Source of the DNA: Prorocentrum cordatum
Lineage: Eukaryota
Reading direction: 5' to 3'
NCBI GenBank assembly: GCA_963575745.1
Contig: CAUYUJ010000272.1
Location: forward strand, 62,001 to 116,027
DNA: 54,027 bases
The notes beneath the pieces were generated by a model. That model saw only the letters and a list, made by a program, of their open reading frames with translations, was not told the DNA's origin and searched no databases. The translations under genes were made by a program, and so were the position numbers. This document shows, piece after piece, positions 38,151 through 48,710 of the stretch. How positions within the stretch are numbered: the first letter of the stretch is position 1; the number at the start of each line of letters is the position of its first letter.

Positions 38151-39359
38151 TGCGCTTTTGCCAGGTGGGAGTTACTGTGGCCACTTTTGCTTGCGCGGGA
38201 GTGCATTCCCTTAAAGGGTTGCGAATTTCTCCAGATCTAACATGAGATACCTTTACATATTACTTTTCATTGAACGGCCAGCGCGGGCCACAGTAACTCC
38301 CATCCGGCCGCGCGACGGGCCACACTAACACCCAACGGGCCACACTAACACCCAACGGGCCACAGTAACAACCAGTCGCCTCCTCCCCCCCCCTCTGCCG
38401 CCCCGCCCCACTGGGGCAGCCGCGGCGGGACCGGCTCCTGCTCAGGAGCGCCATGCTTCTGGGGGCCTTCGGCGGCTCCATCGGAGGTATGCACTAGCCG
38501 GGCCAGGGGGAGTTCCAAAGCAAGTTCGCTTAATACTCATGGGCGATGTCGCTTCTCTTCCCTGGGCCCGGAATTTCTTCCATCTCGACATCCTCGACGC
38601 GTCGTTCCCAGCCGAGATTTGGAAGGGCCATCACCCTGGCGACCTTCTGTTCTGACAGCACGCCTGCGCCCAAACAAATCGTCCCCACTCTCTGTGATCC
38701 GCTGCTTTTGGGTGCACCGAATTCATGGACGACCTTGCGTGGTGGATGGCGCCCGAAGTCCTCATCCAAGGGGCCTTTGGGAGCTTAAGCCCCCGATCCC
38801 AATCGAGCAGGTGGTCCAGCGGTGCCTTGTTTGTGCGCTTCTTGTCGGGCTTCGCACCAGAGCCCACTGAGACAAAGAGAAGGCAGGCTCGGGTGAGGGA
38901 GGGAGACTGCTTTGGACAATGCGCTGAGCGTTGCGAGTCCCCCCTGCGCCTATGAACCTCATCGATAGGGCGGGGGGGGGCGGTTGATGGAGAGGACCGA
39001 GGGGTGTGCCCCTCCCGAGGGAGCGAGGCCAACTCCCCTGGGTCCACCCACCCATTCGCGCAGGGCGGCCAGGCTTGGTTCGGATGCCCGCGTAGGTGTG
39101 CAGTCTTGTTTCCTCTCCAGGCGTCCTGGCCTCGCCGACGGGTCATCAGGTTGTCGAGCGCGGCGTTGGGGGACGCGCTGGTATACGATGCAAGTTGCGC
39201 AGACCCACTGGTCTCACCGGCAGTCCAGGGTGGTGGCGCCACGAGTGATAGCTGCACCGCCTCAGCGGTTGCCCTCTCTTTGCCTTCGGCCTTGTGTGGA
39301 GACCTTTCTGCAGGTCATCCAAGGACACGCCGTTAGCCTTCAGGTGGATCTGTTCCAGG

Positions 39360-40140
39360 TCATCGATCGTCGGACCAGCGGCACGCAGCAGCACGCAGCC
39401 AGGCGCGCCGACACGCACGTTCGCCCAGGCTGGCCTCTGCTGCCTCGGGCTGGGTTCCGGCGTCGGCCGTCTCGTCCCGGTGAGCCCCGAGGTCGGGCTG
39501 CAGGACGTCACAGGCGTGGTCCAGGTCAGTCTCAGCTTCCTCGTTCTCGGCGAGAGTGACCTGGCACGTTCTGCTCCAAAGCTGCTCGCCGTCCAAGTGG
39601 ACGACAGCCTTCTGCGACGCCTCCTCGGTTGCGAAGTGGATCAAAGGGTAGCCCCCGCAGAGCTGGATAGTTGTGACGGGGCCGAACAGGCTGAAGGTGG
39701 CCTGGACGCCGCCCATGTCGAGGGCCTCTTCGTGGTCCTCGACGCGGATGGTCCTGCGAGAAGTGGTTTCTCGAAGGGCGTCCGTCCGCGGCGACGAGGA
39801 GCACGCGGCCTCTTGGACCCTGACGTTGTTGTCGGGGCCGCGGGACGCGCTGCTCTTTCTGGCTGAAGCCGGGTCCTGCACCGCCTGCGGTCCACTGGCC
39901 TCTCGGGGCCAGCGCCCTGGGGGCCGCCCTGGGTCTTCCTCTGCTGAGGTGCCCACCTTGGACAGTGCTGCCAGGGCAGCACGGGCTTTCTTCAGGTCTT
40001 CGCTCTTGGCGGCGGCGTCGGAGTTGCCGAGCCCGGCCTCCCCCTCGAGCTCCTTGCCGTTGCCGGCGCCCGCGAGGCTGGCGCCCGCCCCGAGCTCGCC
40101 GCCCTCGCGGGGCTCGGCGAGCGCGGTCCAGCGAGCCTGC
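39360..40140 (-). pseudogene. Degraded ORF containing an RRM-like domain (about 39545-39760)
   Basis: TIRVEDH...VQATFSLFGPVTTIQLCGGYPLIHFATEEASQKAVVHLDGEQLWSRTCQVTLA fits RRM topology (F..FG.V, RNP-1-like GYPLIHF, A..A...LDG). Coding-like sequence continues in shifted frames to about 38530. Confidence 0.6.
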
Positions 40141-40249
40141 CTGCTGCGCGAGCGGCAGCTTCCGCAGCCTGCGCGACGCTGCCAGCCGCGGGGCACGCGA
40201 CGGCAGCCTTGGGGAGACAGTGCGCGGGGCGGTGATTGTTTGTTATTCC

Positions 40250-40450
40250 TTGTTTTGCCGATCGGCGTGGGCCTTCGCACCCCCCCCTCCCCCCCCTCCA
40301 TGGAGTAGATCCTGGCCGTCTTTGGCGCCTGTTTCAAGCAGGTGGGGTCTCACCCACAGGACGCACGGTCCCAAACAGTCGCACTCAGCAGAAGTCCGGA
40401 GCCAGACCCCCCCCCTTCCGCCCAATGTCGAAACGCCGAGTCAAAAAAAA
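40250..40450 (+). mobile_element. About 200-bp dispersed SINE-like repeat, copy 2
   Basis: Matches 18089-18295; ends in A8. Confidence 0.6.
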
Positions 40451-41694
40451 TCGTGCACGTGCCCGCTGCCCGAGAGCAACACGCGCTCGGCCCTGATGGT
40501 GTGGAAGCCCCCCCGCAGCTGCTGGTCGGTTCGTCTCGGCTGCTGCCGCGGCGATGGTGGGAGTGGGCAAGAGTGGCGTCGCCTCCTGCCGCAAAGTACA
40601 TGTCTGCGTTGCGCAAGCAGCCAGGGCTTGCTTCCCGCCCTCGTGCTGCTAGTTGTCGGAACACTTCTCGTCCCAGTCCCCTTCCACGCGCCAGTCTGAG
40701 TACCAGCTGTCCAAGTACGGGTCGTTGTAGAAGCGATGCCAGGAGCCACCCATGAGTTGCAGGATACTTGCGACATCTGCGGGCGATGGCGGCAGCGCCT
40801 TCCGAGCCGCATGGACCAGGCCGTTGAAGGCTGCAGGCTGATACACACATCAGACATCTTAAGAAAACGCGTCGACATCCATGGACCCAGATTTCGCTTC
40901 CTGCAATTAAGAATCCGGGCTGGACCCTGGGCGCTTTCGTGGAGCCTTGTTTCTTCGTCGAATGTTCGTGCACGTGGACCTGGACTGCTGGTCAAGATGA
41001 CGCTTCGAGCAGCGCCCGCTTTCTCAGCCCAAAGATCTTCATCCAGAGCGCCGGGGTGTGAGTGGGTGTGCGTCTCCACGACGGTCCTTTAATCTCGGCT
41101 GATGGACGCCAGCCGATGGGGTAGGCGCAATAGTTCATGCAATAGTTGGTGCTTGGATGCAATAGTTTGCGGCGTGGATGCAATAGTTCCGCGCGGGTGT
41201 TGCTTCGTCTTGTTTCGTGCGCAATAGCTCAGGCGGTTTGCAATAGTTCGTGCCCCCTCGCAATAGTACGCGCGCAATAGTTCAGGCAAACGAACTATTG
41301 CACCTACTGCCGTCCCCCCTTTTGTGTTCCCCCCATCGCTCCATCGTAAAAGGTGGCCGGCCCGAGGCCATGGCGCGAATCCTGCGGGCGCCACGCCCGG
41401 GCGTCGCCGCGAGAGGGCGGGCGGGCGCGCCCCGATCTCTCGGGCGCAGTCGCCTGGGCCTGCTCCTCCCCCTCCTCCTCCTCCCTCCGAGAGGAGGGCG
41501 AGGCGGAGGGGGAGGGGGACAAGCTAGGTGCGCTCGCGTCATATCTGACGTCCTACCCCTCCCTCCCATCCCTTACCATGGCGCTGATTTTCTCTATCCG
41601 CGGACGCGTGTCGTAGCGGACTTGTGGCTCCGCGCGCGCGTGCGTAGTGGGCGGTGGTGCGCGTGCGTGCGTGTGTGCGTGCGTGTGTGGTTGT

Positions 41695-41853
41695 GGTGGT
41701 GCTGGTGCTGGTGCTGGTGCTGGTGCTGGTGCTGGTGCTGGTGTTGGTGCTGGTGCTGGTGTTGGTGCTGGTGCTGGTGCTGGTGCTGGTGCTGGTGCTG
41801 GTGCTGGTGCTGGTGCTGGTGCTGGTGCTGGTGCTGGTGGTGGTGGTGGTGGT
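41695..41853 (+). repeat. (TGGTGC)n hexanucleotide repeat
   Basis: Directly visible. Confidence 0.95.
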
Positions 41854-42382
41854 GCGGCGCGGTGGTGGCGGGCGGATGGGCGCGCGAGAAAGAGGACCGC
41901 GCTGCGGCGAGAACGCCATCCTCAACGACGGAGGCCAAACACCGATCCGAAAATGAGGCCCACGCTGATTCGGAACGATTCGGGAGCAGAAATGAGGCCG
42001 GCGCCTCAGCGAGAGCAGCATTTTGGGGGGGGGGGGGAACAAAAAAAAAAAAAAAAACGGAAACCCGTTTCCCGGGAATCCTGTGTGTAAAAAACAATAC
42101 GCGGGGGGGTGTCGGATATCTTCGGGACGCCATCAGGGGAAGTGGGAGAGTATTTTCATATTGTGTAATTGTGGAGAGGAATAAGGAGGCCGGGGAAGAG
42201 GAGGACTGAGGAGGAGGAGGAGGAGGAGGGAGGAGGAGGAGGAGGAGCGGGGAGGAGGAGGAGGAGGAGGAGGAGGAGGGAGGACCATCGCATGCTAATG
42301 AGGAAGGCTAAGGTTAGGCCGACCCGACCCTAACCGAAGCCTGTGGGTTACATCCGCTTTCCCCTTACGCTCGCTTTCGTCA

Positions 42383-45300
42383 CTACGTCGCCCCTCCTTC
42401 CTTGAGGAGCTGGGCCGCAGGGATGGGCAGGGAAAGTCGGGGGCGGGCCTTCATACTACTCTTGGGATGACGGCCGCTTGCCAGGAGGGACCACGCACCT
42501 TGGGAGAACTTGCTTTGGAAGCGCTCCTTGCATTCACCTTTGAGACCTTTGAGGTTGCTTTCGCTGTAGCGGCCGCACCTCTTACAAACGACTAGGAAGG
42601 ACTCGACATCAAGGTAATCGCATATCATTAAATGGTGCTTCTGGGGGTCCCTAGTTAGCTTTGACAACATGACTGAATTACCTGGGCATGCTTCACGCAT
42701 GCGGGCCTTGCGGGCACTGTCCGTGCGGGCGCGGGTATGACACGCTAGGCACAGCCAATGATTATTAAGCCATGCCCACGGATGTCTGACCACGCCCGGG
42801 GGGGCACGGCACGCACGAGCACGCCGAGGACGACCCCCGGGGGGCGGGGGTGGTGCAGTCCACTCGCTGACTGCTCCCGCTGCCCCAACTGGGGGGTTGA
42901 GGCTCTGGGCGGGCTTCTCGTAGGCCTTCTTGCCCGACTTCGGAGCGAGAGGGGCCCGCAAGGAAAGCGCCTCAGCAGCATACTTCACAAGCCTCTGAAC
43001 TCGGCTACGGCATTCTTTATAATACTCGATTTCTCTCTGGGACGGGGCGGGGATTCTGGCAGCCGCTTGTTTGGCCACCTTGTCCGCCCGGTCATTTCCT
43101 TTGGCAACAAACCAGTCCCTCGAGCCGACCACCAGGGACGACAGATCCTGGTGGGCCTTTACTTTCCCGATCTCGAGGGGCGCAAAGCAGCTCTGGGTCC
43201 TGGCCAGAACTGAAACTCCTGAGTACATTTCCCTCGGTGAGACTTCGGCGCTCTGGTGCACCGAGAGGATGCCCTTGAAATCCGTCCACGCTTTGGTGAC
43301 TCTGGGGCAGGAAGTAGCAACTAAAAACCCCAGGTGTTCGGCAGCTGGCGACGTGGGGGGGAGGCTGGCCCCCACAGGGCCTGAGAGACTGGCAACCAGG
43401 TCGCCGTCCTCGTCGATTTTGACCACGGACCAGGCGGGGGCGTCGTACACCGCGGGCCCAGGTTTCAAAACACTGCCATCGTGGAAAACTTCTCCTTGCA
43501 TGGCCACCTCCTTGGGCAGCCCATCACGAGACCAATATACAGCCTGATCTAGTCCTAAACCAGGGGGCCTCAGAGCTATGGGTTCAGGTCGAAGTTGAAA
43601 TCCTAACACATATGGAAATCCATTCCTCGGGTCCTTGAACTCTTCGACATCTGCTTCATTTAACAGTTCCTCTCTCAAGTTGTGGGTCTGCGGGCACTCG
43701 AGGAGCCTGTGGGGGATGGAGTCCACGGGGCCCTTGCACAGCTCGCATTCGACTTCATTATGATAGCCTGCCTCGGCCATCTGTTCGTTGGACCAAATAC
43801 ACTGGCAGCCATATGAAAGCAGCGTCTTCCTTTTGTAGGCCAGCACTGTACTGTCCTGCAGCGCGTGCTGCATGACCGACGGGTCGAGCGGCTCGTCGAA
43901 ACCGAGCTTCTGCCCCGCCTTCGCGTCTAACTGCAACTGCCACTGGGATTGAAACAGCTTCTTGATGAGGGCAGGGGAGGTAGCGATGAGAGGGTAGCCC
44001 TGGCCTTGCGAGTCTCGAAAGACGAGCGGGTCGGGCATGGGCCACCCCAGACAGCTCAAGCTGAGAAGCGTTGCCCCTAAGGGCCCTCGGATCTGGCACC
44101 ATTTCGTCGGGGGCTTGTGGGGGACCTGGAGGGCTTGTTCGCGGAGACCCACCAGAGAAAAGCCGATCGTACCAGGATAATGAGCAACTCTCCAGATCAG
44201 GTTGGCCCAATAACAGGCCGGCCCCAGAGCAGCACTCCACGTCGGGCCCCTCAATATCGATAATGCCAGGGACCTGGATCTTGTAGCACAGCGGGGCCCT
44301 ACAATCTTGAGGTAGAGGGACTGGGCTTCGTGCAACTCAGGGTTGGTGAGGCTGACGACCTCGGCGCCATAGTAGGCGGCTGCTTTCAAACCTGTCTGAT
44401 AGACCTTCCGCATATTCGCACCTGCTCGCCTAATCTGGGCCATGCGGTGGAGTCGACGTTTCATATTGGAGGTTCGCTTCGCCAGAGTTTTTCTGGCCTT
44501 CTTCGAAACCCTATTGCCCATGGTGAAATCGACTCCGAGGTTTGGCGCAGACTGTGCTTGGTTGACTCCATCTGGCCCACTGTACTTGCCTAGAGCTTTG
44601 GCCAGGCGATGCCGCACTGCAGCAGACGAGCCCAGCACTGCAGCCTTGTGCAAGGCGACCGAGCAGTCGAGGTCCTCCTCGATTAAATCTAGCATGCTGT
44701 CGGAGGCCTGCGCCAGGTCCGACACCAACAGGCGAACGCTTGTGTTGTTGCTTGTCAACATCTATGAAGATTGAGGGGTCCACGGTGGGGAATTTCGGAA
44801 CCCAGGAGTCCACGGGGGGAACCGTATACATCTGGACGTTGTAAGTCGCAAACGAGCAGCCAGCAGGGAAGCCTTTGATAGCACACCCCGCGTAGGTAGC
44901 CAATGTTCTGGTTGCGACAGCCCTGGGACCCCCATACTGATTCATCATAATACACGTGAGCGTCTCCGAAAATCCAGAAGAGATCGCCCGAGATGTCCAT
45001 TTCTCCCGATTGACATTCTCATTATAGTTAGATAAATCCCATAAAACCCACCAGTGTGGACAGCTTGATAGCCAGCAAGTTCAGCCTTCAAGGCCCGAGC
45101 ATAAACAGTTTCAAGCACACCTCGACCGGACTGATGAGCAAGATAAGGCCTCTTGTTGGCCCTTTCCCACCGACGAGCTTCCCCCTGGCGAATTTTGGAC
45201 CGCGCCCTCCAGAGGGCAGGGAGCAGACCGATACCACGGTACGAGGGGCCCTCAGACTGGTCAGGCTTGCGCTTCTCAATCAGCGTGATAATGACCCCAC

Positions 45301-47040
45301 GGATGGCTGTCGGAAATGCTCCAATCTCCTCGATCGCTGCCAAAAGCTTACACACATGTCCCAGTTCAACATAGCTGAGATCAGCCAAGTGACGAGGGTG
45401 AAACCCATCACAAGTCTGGCTGGTAGATTTTGGGAATCTTTTGGCAGCTGATCTGATCTGGCCAGGCGTGATGGGCCCCAAGCGGTCACGCTCGGCCGAC
45501 GGCAAGTTAAAGTCGTGCCCCTGCGGCGCGGCCTGCCACAATCCTGCGAGGCGGGCTGCCTCGGACTGGAGCAACTCTGAAGGCCGACCTGAAAATTTCT
45601 GCAGCTCGGGGCGCCAAATTTTCTGAGGTTGCCAGGATGTGAGCTTTGAGGTCCAGCGATGGGCCCAACCAACTCCCCGAGACATGGCCTCCTGGACCCA
45701 GTTGTTCCAAGACGTTGTTTCACTTTGTCGGTCCTTGGCCTCCTCAGCTTGGAGCGCGTGATCAACTGCATCATCGAGCTCTTCAAATACCTTCAACACG
45801 AGCTTGGGATCCATCTGGCCATTGTCCTGGTCCTGGGCAGCAGCGCCTAGAGCAGTCCTAACACTGGCGAGCAAACGGGCAAACTCCTCGGTACCTTCGA
45901 GCTCTGGGGGTGGCGACTGGATGCTGGTCAAAATCTCCGAAAGGTACAACTCCCCCTTGGAATAAACCCGTCGGATGACATCCATAACTTTGTTTTCAAC
46001 CACCGAATCGGAATTGATAGACTCCTCCAACTGGCCCTGGGTTCCACCTCTCGAGCGGCCCCCGGTGCCCAGCGGATCTTTGGGAGGCCCACTCGCGGGG
46101 CAGTGGGCGACTTGATCGGAGTGTCCGTGCGAATACTGATCGTCTTTGCCATGTCCGAGGCGAAGTACTGGCACGCCGAATCTAGGGCCAGCAAGCGGGC
46201 CTCAATCCCAGACTCTCGATCAATGACCTGGTCCAGGAATTCCAAGGCGGCCTCCGCACGGCCCCAAGACGGCACATAGTTTGTCGGCCCATAAGGCCTG
46301 GAAGTAGCGAGTGGTTGGGGCTTCTCCAAGACTGGCACCATGAAGGGCTCCCCGCAGCGCAGCTGGAACAGCACGGGCCTATGCGGGCTCATGGGGTACT
46401 CGTCCAGAACAGTGGCCCCTGAGAGGTCCTGGTCGAAACACGACGAGGCGAGAACGAAGTCGATGATGGACTCAGAGTTCTTCATCTTACATGTTGGTTT
46501 GGTCGGGGCCAAAATCTTAAAGCCTGCTCTCAGCGAGTAGTTCGACTCGATAAGCTTACTCGCCGGAACATTGAAACCCCCAGCAATGATGAGTGGCTGT
46601 CGTACAGCGTCCTGAATTGTTGCGACCCCAGCTAAGAGCTCTAAGTTGTACTGGTTTAGGCCCACCCCGTCGGCCAAGTAGAGAGATTCTAGTACGAATG
46701 GACGATGTCCAGGAAGCTCAAGTGAAACCGCTGTGCACCGTGACTCTGCTACCCCTGCAGGCACTGGCACACGAGATACTCCAAAGTCATGCCCGTCACG
46801 AATCAAAATCCCTGTCCCTTGGACAGGGTACCCTTTCTCACTGAGCACGGCTGGAGAGAGCATCGCATTCCACCCCTCTCGCTCACACCATTGTACGATG
46901 AAAGGGAGCGCATCCTTCAATACCCGAACTTCTTGACAGCAGATCATGTCCACCGTCTCGGCTGCTTTTGACTCCAGAAACTTCCGAATGGATCTCCAGC
47001 AGCTTCCATTGATAGCGGCGAACCTGACCGCGTTACCCAC
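42383..47040 (-). pseudogene. LINE ORF2: APE, RT, zinc knuckle, RNase H, two C-terminal Cys/His motifs; frameshifts near 46075, 45045 and 44759
   Basis: APE: AIN, CQEVR, GTGILI, SLYL, GGFN, IDFVL, HRPV. RT: YRGIGLLP, WDLSNY, GFPAGC, FID(D)L. Zn: CELC...HRLLECP. RNase H: FHDGS, AEHLG, TDFKG, KVKAH, GNDRADKVAK. C-terminal: WLCLAC, VCKRCG. Confidence 0.9.
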
Positions 47041-48247
47041 ACGGCGTCCCGTCCGCCCCCTTGCCGCCCTTGCCCTTGTTGGCCAGGCAGAGAGCCTTCG
47101 CGCTGGACTGGAGCGCCGCGTTGGCCATCTGCTGCTGGGGCGTGAGCGCCGAGTTCTGGCCGTTGGTGTTCAGAACCTGGTCGGTCGCGTCGCCTACACG
47201 CTTCATGCCCTGGCCCCGCTTGTCTGCCTCGTCTAGGTCCAGCTGCATGGCCTCGGCCTCGACGTCCAGGCTGGCAGCCAGCTCAGGGCTGACGTCTCCC
47301 GATGGGGTGGCGGCGGCGGCCTGGGACGGCTGGCATGTGCCATCCGCGGCCAGCGACGGCGCCGTCGGGTCGGCAGCGGCTGCGGCCGGGCCTGCGGCCA
47401 CCTCCGCGGCGCCCGTCTGAGACGCCGCCGCCACCTGGGGCGCCGTCTGGGCCTGCTGAGAACTGGCCTGGGTTGCCTGGGCTGCCTGCCACTCGTCGCG
47501 TAGCTTCGCCGACAGCTGAATGACGGCCTGCTTCACCTCAGCGGGCGGCGCGAGCCCAGGCGGGAACTGGCTGATGATGTACGTCTCCAGCGAGGGGGCC
47601 GAGGTGCTGACGTGCTCCTTCAACGCCTGCTCCACTGCCATCTTGCGCTGGGTCTCTAACTGCTGCGTCTCCGCTGACAGGTCGGCGACGAGCTTGCACT
47701 GGTTGGTGTAGTCATTGGCCAAGGTGACCATGGCCTCACACGTTTTGTCACAAGTCTGTTGGACACTGAGCAGCTTCTTCTTGGCGACTTCGAGCTGGTC
47801 GTGCAGCGACTTCCGCTGCTGGTCCCATGGTTTTGCTGCTAGTGTCGATGTTTTCACTGCTTTTAACTCCTCCACGGCCTGCAGGTAGTGACTCCCTCTG
47901 ATGCCTTCCATGTTCTTCCAGAACTGAACAGCTGCCGAGCACACAGCAACTGGATCACGATCTGGCTCATCGGGTTCACGTACAACTGCAGCTCCTTTTT
48001 GGTGGCCCTTCGGCGCTGGGCTGGACGAGCGCCTGCGCCACCTGTTGGGAGTGCCGCCTGATGTAGTCTGTGACTCGGGGGCCGAAGCAGGCTGTCCTGT
48101 CTTTCGTCCTATGAAGGCTGAGCCACACTGACCACAATACTTGAACGGTTTGTCCGCCCATGTCCATCCTTTGCATCCACCAGACTGGCAGCAGAGGTAC
48201 TTACGTCCGTCTCCCCTGCCACGGCTTGGCTGTCGCTGGCCGCCCAT
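47033..48247 (-). CDS. LINE ORF1 (404 aa): N-terminal Cys zinc-finger-like motif, coiled coil, Ala-rich tail
   Basis: Intact ATG-to-TAA ORF. Contains LCCQSGGCKGWTW...YCGQCGSAF and a heptad-like region (KSLHDQLEVAKKKLLSVQQ). Lies directly upstream of ORF2. Confidence 0.8.
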   Translation of the reverse strand: MGGQRQPSRGRGDGRKYLCCQSGGCKGWTWADKPFKYCGQCGSAFIGRKTGQPASAPESQTTSGGTPNRWRRRSSSPAPKGHQKGAAVVREPDEPDRDPVAVCSAAVQFWKNMEGIRGSHYLQAVEELKAVKTSTLAAKPWDQQRKSLHDQLEVAKKKLLSVQQTCDKTCEAMVTLANDYTNQCKLVADLSAETQQLETQRKMAVEQALKEHVSTSAPSLETYIISQFPPGLAPPAEVKQAVIQLSAKLRDEWQAAQATQASSQQAQTAPQVAAASQTGAAEVAAGPAAAAADPTAPSLAADGTCQPSQAAAATPSGDVSPELAASLDVEAEAMQLDLDEADKRGQGMKRVGDATDQVLNTNGQNSALTPQQQMANAALQSSAKALCLANKGKGGKGADGTPCG

Positions 48248-48379
48248 GTCTGATGGAACGAGGGAGGCCCCAGGTTTGGCTGCTGACCTGGGGTTGCGCT
48301 TCTGATTGGCGAGAAAGCAGGCGCCACCTGCCTACGGTAGGCTGGAAAGATGGAAGCAGGCGCCACCTGCCCACGGTAG

Positions 48380-48406
48380 GCTTTGAGCCAGAGCGGCCTG
48401 AGCCAA
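48380..48406 (-). other. Tandem dinoflagellate spliced-leader relics at the LINE 5' end
   Basis: Minus strand TTGGCTCAGG-CCGCTCTGGCTCAAAG versus DinoSL DCCGTAGCCATTTTGGCTCAAG. Confidence 0.65.
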
Positions 48407-48635
48407 GGAGGAGGAGGGAGGAGGAGGAGGAGGAGGAGGGGGAGGAGGAGGAGGAGGAGGAGGAGGAGGAGGAGGAGGGGGAGGAGGATGAGGAGGAGGA
48501 GGAGGAGGCGGAGCGGGGAGGCGGAGAGAGGAGGAGAAACAAGGAGGCCAGGAAGGAGGAGGAGGAGGAGGAGGAGGAGGAGGAGGAGGGGGACTGGGGA
48601 GGAGGAGGCGGAGGAGGAGCAGCAGCAGCTGCCAG

Positions 48636-48710
48636 GCGATCGGAAGAGCGGCCCGGCACGGGCAGCAGCGGGACGTGGTGCACGTGTGGCGCTTCGTCAC
48701 CGAGGGCACG
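48636..48710 (+). CDS. SNF2/Rad5-like helicase exon D (motif VI)
   Basis: CAG|G acceptor. Reads AIGRAARHGQQRDVVHVWRFVTEGT, giving QAIGRxxRxGQ when joined to exon C. GC donor at 48711. Confidence 0.9.

Larger units (their letters stand above)
42285..48405 (-). mobile_element. Apparently full-length (about 6.1 kb) non-LTR retrotransposon, antisense inside the helicase intron
   Basis: 5'UTR, ORF1, APE-RT-RNase H ORF2 and a short 3'UTR with a hairpin. Flanked by candidate 17-bp TSD AGGAGGAGGAGGGAGGA (42268-42284 and 48406-48422). Confidence 0.93.

Noticed and set aside
35629..38245. Poly-V/L/Y/T/S 'membrane protein' ORFs
   Set aside because: Pure microsatellite translations.
42285..42382. Hammerhead or HDV ribozyme in the LINE 3'UTR
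   Set aside because: Only a GGTTAGG/CCTAACC hairpin is visible; no complete catalytic core.
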